The notes below the pieces were generated by a model that worked only from the letters and a program-made list of their open reading frames with translations, was not told where the DNA came from and did not search any database. This document shows, piece by piece, positions 56,755-64,000 of a stretch of DNA of 64,000 nucleotides. The number at the start of each line of letters is the position of its first letter. The stretch's first letter is position 1. The position numbers were made by a program, and so were the translations under genes. This DNA is from Eledone cirrhosa (Eukaryota), in NCBI GenBank assembly GCA_964016885.1, contig CAXHJY010000753.1, positions 72,199 through 136,198 on the forward strand, in the 5' to 3' direction.

Positions 56755-57218
56755 TTGCATTTATCTTGCTTTATGTTTATACGAGTTATCACCAAGTCAC
56801 AACCAGTGACCTCAAGAGACAACAAGGTCCGCCATGTTCAAGAAAGAACACACATATTCACACATGCATCCTTAGTGTTTAGACTTGTGATGTACTTATA
56901 TTGACAGGATCTTCCTTAGTATATGGGCAGTTCCCATTAGTACTATCTTTTGTATTTCTCCTATACGCGGGTTTCCTGGGATTTGCGATAAGTAGTCGTT
57001 AGACCCCTTAGGTATCATTCCCAGAGCGCCTACAACCACTGGTATTGTTTTAGTTCTCAATTTCCACATTTTTCCAATTTCTATCTCCAGGTCCTTATAC
57101 TTGCTCAATTTTTCAAATGTTTTTATAGATACATTCTTGTCTATTGGAACAGACATATCAATTAGCAGGCATACCCTCCTTTGAAAGTCCTTCAATATTA
57201 TATCAGGTCTATTTGCAT
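56755..57218 (-). mobile_element. 3' fragment of R4/Dong-type retrotransposon with the RLE domain
   Basis: ANRPDIILKD...LLIDMSVP...EKLSKYKDL..EI..MW..IPVVVGALG...GTAHILRK (PD..D..K catalytic layout); (TAA)n flanks. Confidence 0.92.
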
Positions 57219-57219
57219 C

Positions 57220-57250
<31 letters not shown>

Positions 57251-57459
57251 GGCGACCTACGTAGGAAATCGTATTATCGTGAGCTCCGCAAAGGTTTGTT
57301 ATTTCCGTTTGTTTAAAAATTGCCATTTATGGAAAATTTTATTGTAAACTGTTTATAAGCACACATACATTGTTTTCCGAAAAGGACACCCAAAAAGATT
57401 GGGGCCTTGTGCCCAAAATTTTAACTTTTATTATTATCCAAAAATTTCTTTGAAAAAAA

Positions 57460-59453
57460 ATGGCTAATTCCCCTCTGCACGAAGCAGCTGAAAACCTTTC
57501 CTCACAAAATAACACCTCACACCGACACCACCATTGTAAATGTTACTACGTTTGCCAACACAAAAAAATATATAAGCAGTAGCAATATTTTAAATTTGTC
57601 TCAGGCAGACATTCATTTCCCGCCATTACCAATGACTGCAGGTGTTAAACTCTCCACCACCACCACCACCGCGACAACCACCACCACCACCACCACCACC
57701 GCGACAACAGAAACAAAAGAAGAAAAAAATAAATTAACTCGTGACGTCGAAATGAAATCAAGCAAAATGGACTCTTCCCCACCAAAGACGACTGACGTCA
57801 CAACCACCACAACTGAAAATAAAATTAATATTAACGATAGCAACAACAACAACAATGACATTATAAAACCGACCCTCAGTTTCGCCATCGTAGCAAAACA
57901 ATTCGAAGCGTTCACGGTAACCCAAGAAGATTTAGAAAATGCCAAACAAATGGTAAAGAAAGATGGGTACAGGGTCAGCCTCACCCCCCCCCCCACCTAA
58001 TAAAATGGAGCATCGGCGCCTGTGCACCGTGTCGTATAGAACAATAAATGTAAAATCGCGCCGAGTGGAACGGGCATCCGAGTCCCAAATCCAAAAAGCT
58101 TTGGGACATGTGTGGGCAAGAAAAACCCACATCAGACGTGGGCAAAAGTATGGAACCGTGGATGTGTTCTTTGAAACACCAGAGGAGGCTAGAGAACACT
58201 CCATGGCCCCATTAAAAAGTGACGACCTCACACTCGTCCCAAGCTATTGTGGCCAGAGACTCGTAAAGATCAGGGTGACCCACGTTCCACCGGCCATCGA
58301 AATTCCCTGGCTAATAGCGGCTGTCCTCACCGGCATCGAAGCCAACACGAAAATAATAGCAGTAGCAAAAGAAAAGCAGGAAAACTGGTCCGGATCTGGG
58401 ATGGAGCTCCTGATCCAAGCGGACCAAAAAAGCATTGAGGAGATCCCAGAGGTAATAGACCTCACTGACGGCAGCCACCTCACGGTAATTGTCGAGGGCA
58501 GAAGACCTAGGTGTGTCGTTTGTGGTGAAGGAACCCACCTAAGGGCTTTCTGCCCTCAGGCTAAAAGGTTGAGGCCACCTCTCCTACCCACCCCAGTGAC
58601 AAAACCATCAACACCACCAGTAGCAGAGATGGCAGCAACAACTGTAGCAGCAACAACAGAAGCAACGATAACAGCAACAACCCCAGCAACAGTAGCAAAA
58701 CCAACACCACTACCACCACCAGCAAAACCAACACCACCACCACCCAACGCTTCAGAACTAGCACCAGCGCCTACACCATCCACCACACCACAACCAAAAC
58801 TAACGGCTGTGGAGGATTTTCCACTCCCCGGCCTATCACAACTGGAGACAGATTGTGACGACGAGGAGTGGGAAACGATATCCGGAAAAAAAAAAAGAAA
58901 CCAAAAAAGAAAAAATTCTCTTCCTTCCCCCTCCAAAAACAAAATACAGAGGGAAACAAATAAACTAAGAAACAAAAAAGTTAGGACAGATATGCCACCA
59001 TCCACACCAGCATCACCAACCCCATCAACCCAAACACCAACACCATCACCATCATCATCCCCAGCACCACCATCACCTACACCACAAAAGTCACCAAAAA
59101 GCGAAACAGAAACAAACCCACAACAAACGCAAACAAAACAAAACAACCAAAACGATACACACTACACAGCATTAAATTTGAACAACAAGCAATTATTACA
59201 CTACATCCAACACAACACCAGCATCACAGAAAAAGACTACACAACAACCCCAAAATTCACACCACCTCCACACATACAAATCACTCGCATCACACAGAAA
59301 ACGTACATGACACTAAAACAAAAATTCCCCAAAGACATCGGAGACTTCCGACAAGCACTCTCCAGGAGGATTTATAAGGACATCCTTCCTGAGGAGGCCA
59401 CAAGCAGTGAAAAGGATGGAAAAGCCGTCCTTCCCCTACGAGAAGTAAGGTAA
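57460..59453 (+). CDS. ORF1 nucleic-acid-binding protein with CCHC zinc knuckle (frameshifted)
   Basis: CVVCGEGTHLRAFC (CX2CX4HX4C), Pro/Thr-rich and basic C-terminal half; frame breaks near 57520-57590 and at the poly-C run ~57984-57994; start ATG inferred. Confidence 0.78.
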
Positions 59454-59487
59454 GTGGTCTTTCCCATCTTTTCCACTCCTTTTCAAC

Positions 59488-62400
59488 ATGACCTCACTCA
59501 GAATAGGCAGCATAAATGCGCGTGGCTTGGGGTCGTCATGGAAGCAGGGCCACCTGCTCAACGACCTCAGGTCACTAAACATAGATGTAGTGGCCATCAG
59601 CGAGACCAGAATCTCCGAAGCACAGGCTTTCGCACCGATCTTCGGCGGCTACGATGTGTACGCATCTCCCAGCCGTCCGGGATCGGGGGGAGGAGTTGCT
59701 GTGCTTTTTCGGAGAGGTTTGGATCTTGCCATACGGGCCATCTTCCTGGACCCAGAAGGTAAGTTGGTGGTGCTGGACGTGACCAGCGGAGACGGGCAAG
59801 CTTTCAGGTTAGTGGCCGTCTATGCCCCGACAGGAGCAGGGCGGCCTGATTTCTTCCGGCGGCTGGAGACCTTTCTTGGAACGTCCCGCTCTTTAGTGTT
59901 AGTGGGCGACTGGAACGGGATCTTAGATGCACGCTGGGATTGTGTGGGATTAGTGGATAGGGAAGGAGGGTGCAAGAGTCTCACCAACCTGCTCAGACGT
60001 TTTGAACTGTCTGACAGGTACCGAATGGATTTCCCGAATGTACCAATGTGGACTTGGACAAATCGCATAGGGTCATCCAGATCATATCTAGATAGAGTAT
60101 TTTGTAGGGAAATAGATAGGTCTAGCATAGGCTGTCCACAATTCAAGATAGTCAGCTACACGGACCACAAATTCGTGATCTGTGTGCTTGACTTAGATAG
60201 GCTTCATAGACGAGGACCCGGCTACTGGAAGCTAAACGCGTCCTTACCAGCGCGCAAGGCCTACAGAGACCGGATTAGCGAACTAGTTAAGCGGGCGTTG
60301 ACGGGGGCCATCGTCAACAACAAGTGGTGGTTTGCTCTGAAAAGAGCAATTAGAATAGAGTCCATTAGGTTTAGTAAGACTTTAGCAATAGAGAAAAATA
60401 GAGCAGAGGGAGAATTAGTTAGAAAATTAGCAAAGGCATCGCGACCGACGTACTTGCGGCGAAATTGGCCCTTGACCAATTCTTCAATGCAAAGCACGAA
60501 GGCTGCGTTGTCAGAGCTAGGGTGCGTGCTCTCAGACACGAGGGGACGAAAGCCGTTGAATGGGCCCGAGTGGCGGAGGCGCGTCGTGGCAACAAAGCCA
60601 CGATCCGGTCTTTGGTGGACCACGACGGGCGCATGCTACTCGATCCCGGGCAAATGTGTGAAGCTTTTCAGCGACACTTCGCTCAACTGTTCGGGGGCAG
60701 TGGCGGGCCGGATCGAGGGATGGACTTTAGTGTCTACCTCGACGGACTGCCGCGGCTTTCGGCCACTGAGGCGGAGTGTTGCGAAAAGCCGATAACAACC
60801 GCTGAAGTACGGGATGCAATGACTAGTTGCACAAGGGGCAAATCGCCTGGTTTGGATGGTCTGCCCTATGAACTTTACGTACAAATGCCAAACTTGTTCG
60901 GAGGCCTCTTGGCGGACGTCTACTGCAACTGGCAACAGAACGGGAGAATTCCCAGCTCTGTGAGCCGAGGAGCGGTGGCGCTGCTGAGAAAGGATCCGAA
61001 CAAGGGGGATAACATAGATAATTTTAGGCCCATAACTCTGCTAAACACAGAGTTCAAGATTTTGGCCAAGGTGCTAGCAAAGAGGTTGGCGCTTGTCGTT
61101 GGTGGTCTGGTGGGAGAGGCACAGACATGCGCCATTCCCGACAGATCCATCCACGACAACCTCCACCTCATGCGATACATCGTAGAGAGGGTAGCTAGGG
61201 AACCTGGCACGGGTGGGTCTTTGATCAATTTAGATCAGTCGAAAGCCTTCGATAGGGTCGACCATCGTTACCTAGCGGCAGTCCTGAGGGCAGCTGGCTT
61301 TGGGCCCGTCTTCAGAGGCTGGATCGCTGCCATGCACAGCGACATCTGCTCTGTAGTGAGAGTGAACGGTCACCTTTCGGAACCGTTCAACATCATGCGC
61401 TCGGTCCGCCAAGGATGTCCCCTCTCGTCCCTATTGTACGTATTGACTCTCGAGCCATTACTGCACAAACTGGAGACGTTGAGGGGGGTCCCGCGCGAAC
61501 TAGGATGCGGAAGATCCGTGTCAGCATATGCCGACGATGTCACCGTAGTGGTGTCGAACGCCAAACATATCGAGGCGATCGGCACTACACTAAGAGAATA
61601 CGAAGCGGTGACAGGAGCAATGATCAACCAGGAAAAGTCAGTGGGCCTGCAGCTCGGCACCTGGAGAGGCAGGTCCATGCCGTCCAACAGCGTCGTCGGG
61701 CGCTGGACGGACGGACCGGTTAAATTGCTAGGGGTCTGGTTCGGTCCAGACCTCCAGACGGACAAAAACTGGGACGAGGTGACGAGCAGGGTGGCTTCTC
61801 TCACCCAGAAATGGGCCGAGAGGAAGCTATCCCTAAAAGGTCGAGCGGAGGTGGCGAATGCGTACATCGCATCCGTCATCTACTACCGCCTGACCGTCGT
61901 ACCTTGTCCTAAGCCCCGCCTGACTGCGCTGGAGCGTTTGCTCTTTCGCTTTTTGTGGAAGGGACGCGCTCCGATGGTCAGGCAGTCCATCTGCTGTCAA
62001 CACCCGCTACGTGGAGGGCTGGGCATGCCGTGGCTGATGATGCGCAGACACGCGCTCAGGCTACGACATCTCCACCTCTTCCTCGACGGTGATCAGGTGT
62101 GGTCGCCGTTTGCAAGACACGTTTTTCCCCAGCTCGTCTCCTTGACGGAGCTGCAGTCCTGGGTCAAGCGAAGACCGAGAGGGAGCGCTTGGAGACTGGA
62201 ATGTCTTCAGGCGCTCACAGCCCTCGACCAATCGGGCAATGTGATCGGTGGAAACTCCACCTTGGCGTTCTATAGGGGATTAGTGGAGGGGAAGAGCGAC
62301 GACGTACTTGGAGAAACTCTAGGCGTCGACGAAAATCAACTAGCCAATCTCTTCGGAAGGACTTTCGGGCCGGGGCCTATGGACAACTTCCAGAAATCCC

Positions 62401-62894
62401 TGGCCTGGCAGTGCTACCGAGGAGCTTTGCCAGTTCGGGATAAACTCTACAGGCATGGAGGTGCCGTCAGCCGGGCATGTCCGAGATGCGCGCAGGGCGA
62501 CGAAACCGTCCTGCACGCACTCGTCCAGTGTCCGAGCATTGCTGACTTGTGGGTTTATGTCGAACACCTGCTGTCACGTGTAGGACGGATCCAGCTATCA
62601 GCTGAGTCCATCGTGAGGATTGCCCCACCCCCTTCCTTTAGCCTGGAAGGGCAGGCAGTTTTTATCTGTCTGGTGGCCATGGCGAAAGAGATAGTATGGT
62701 GGACACGTTTGAAAGGGCTGAAGACGAGCACTTACCTCTTCGGTGATGCCCTGATTAACTTTTTCAAATTTCATTTGAAAAGGAAAATCAGGGTAGAGAG
62801 GGAAGTGCTCTCTTCCCAGCATTTTGTTGAAAGATGGGTGAGAGAAGCAAGTATGGCCCGAATGAATGGGCCTTCTCTGAGTATGTGTCTGTAA
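59488..62894 (+). CDS. ORF2 APE endonuclease, reverse transcriptase and C-terminal zinc finger (one frameshift near 60435)
   Basis: SINARGL, ISETR, GDWN, LDR, TDHK; PGLDG, FRPITLLN, LDQSKAFDRVDH, VRQGCPLS, YADD; CPRC..ET..H....C. Confidence 0.93.
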
Positions 62895-63137
62895 ATTAAA
62901 GGTGGAAAACTGGGAGAGGGCACTTGCCCTGGTGGTCAGGGCCACTGTGGTCTTTTAATGGGCTTTCTCCACAAATGTCCCTTGGAAGTCTCCCCCCTAT
63001 TGGGGAATTTTTCTTTGTTATTTTATTTCAACCTCTGTTTTTTTTACACGCAGAAATGCCCATTTGTACCGTCCTGTATTGTCCTGTACTGTCCTTAATG
63101 TCTACTTTATGTGAACCCTTGTGGTTAATAAAGAAAA

Positions 63138-63195
<58 letters not shown>

Positions 63196-63372
63196 GCGGC
63201 ATAGAGTTGCGGCCCTTTGCGTTCTAAGTTCAAATCCCGCCGAGGTTAGCTTTGCCTTTCATCCTCACGAGGTCGGGTCGATAAAATAAAGCACCAGTAA
63301 TGCATTGGGGTCGATTTAATCGACTTTTCCCTCCTCTATAATTGATGGCATTGTGCCTATAGTAGAAATAAT
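63196..63372 (+). mobile_element. 5'-truncated SINE family 1-related copy
   Basis: GTTCAAATCCCGCCGAGGTTAGCTTTGCCTTTCATCC...GTCGATAAAATAAAGCACCAG. Confidence 0.8.
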
Positions 63373-64000
63373 TCTTCTTTTTATTATTATTATAGACAAA
63401 AGAAAACTCATATCTAGAAGAGCTGTTAAACGCAGCCAAATTTTGTCATTAACAGATATGGGCAAAAATACATAATTTTTATATGAATTCAGTCTCGCTT
63501 CGTCTCGATGAGATACAACAATGTTTATTTATTATCACTATCGTCATCATCATCATCATCATCATTATCGCCTTCATCACCGTTGTTGTTATAGTTTTTT
63601 GTTGTAGTAGTTGTTGTTGTTATGATACGAGTTTGATTCGTTTCGTAGATTTGTTATACATATTGTTGAATGTGTTATCTGAACTGACGTCTATGTCGGT
63701 TCAGTCAAGTTACATATTTGTTGGTCCTTCTTGTAAAAACAATGTGTTTTTTTATTTATTTTGTTTTGATTTTTGTCAGGGGGGGGGGGGGGGGGGGGGA
63801 TTTGTTTTTGTTTGTTTTTGTATTTTCGTTTTTTTTTTTCAATTTGCGAAACTTCTCATTTCACAGCAGGTACATCATTCAAAGTGACGTTGCTTGTTTG
63901 TGCTAATACAAAAGAAATGAAAGGAAATGGAAATTTTAATAGGCAGGACGACAAGCGATATTCCCTACACATCATGATAGAAGATGGCAGAACATTACTC

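Larger units (their letters stand above)
57251..63138 (+). mobile_element. Near-full-length Tx1/L1-clade LINE in (ATT)n
   Basis: 5' UTR, ORF1, ORF2, 3' UTR with AATAAA at 63127; (ATT)n on both sides. Confidence 0.95.

Overview
AT-rich, microsatellite-saturated eukaryotic DNA with no host protein-coding exon that I can support. The repeat content resembles an invertebrate, probably cephalopod/octopus-like, genome (inference only). Almost every non-microsatellite segment is a retroelement: a near-full-length Tx1/L1-clade LINE (57251-63138) plus two 3' fragments, a 5'-truncated RTE LINE with an 11-bp TSD, five R4/Dong-type RLE fragments, five Penelope-like element (PLE) GIY-YIG remnants, many tRNA-derived SINEs, a pogo-like transposase relic and a Tc1/mariner MITE. 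The main unexplained layer is about 25 hammerhead-ribozyme (HHR) motifs from roughly 11 unrelated sequence families, found by eye. Many sit in head-to-head palindromes whose 3' ends point outward into (TA)n tracts; others sit in 320-440 bp partial tandem units (retrozyme-like). They include U3-A8 core variants, long-stem-II variants, a half-hammerhead family and a tRNA-Ala-headed HHR element. All folds were paired by eye; no searches or folding programs were run. Most ORFs in the supplied track are microsatellite artefacts.
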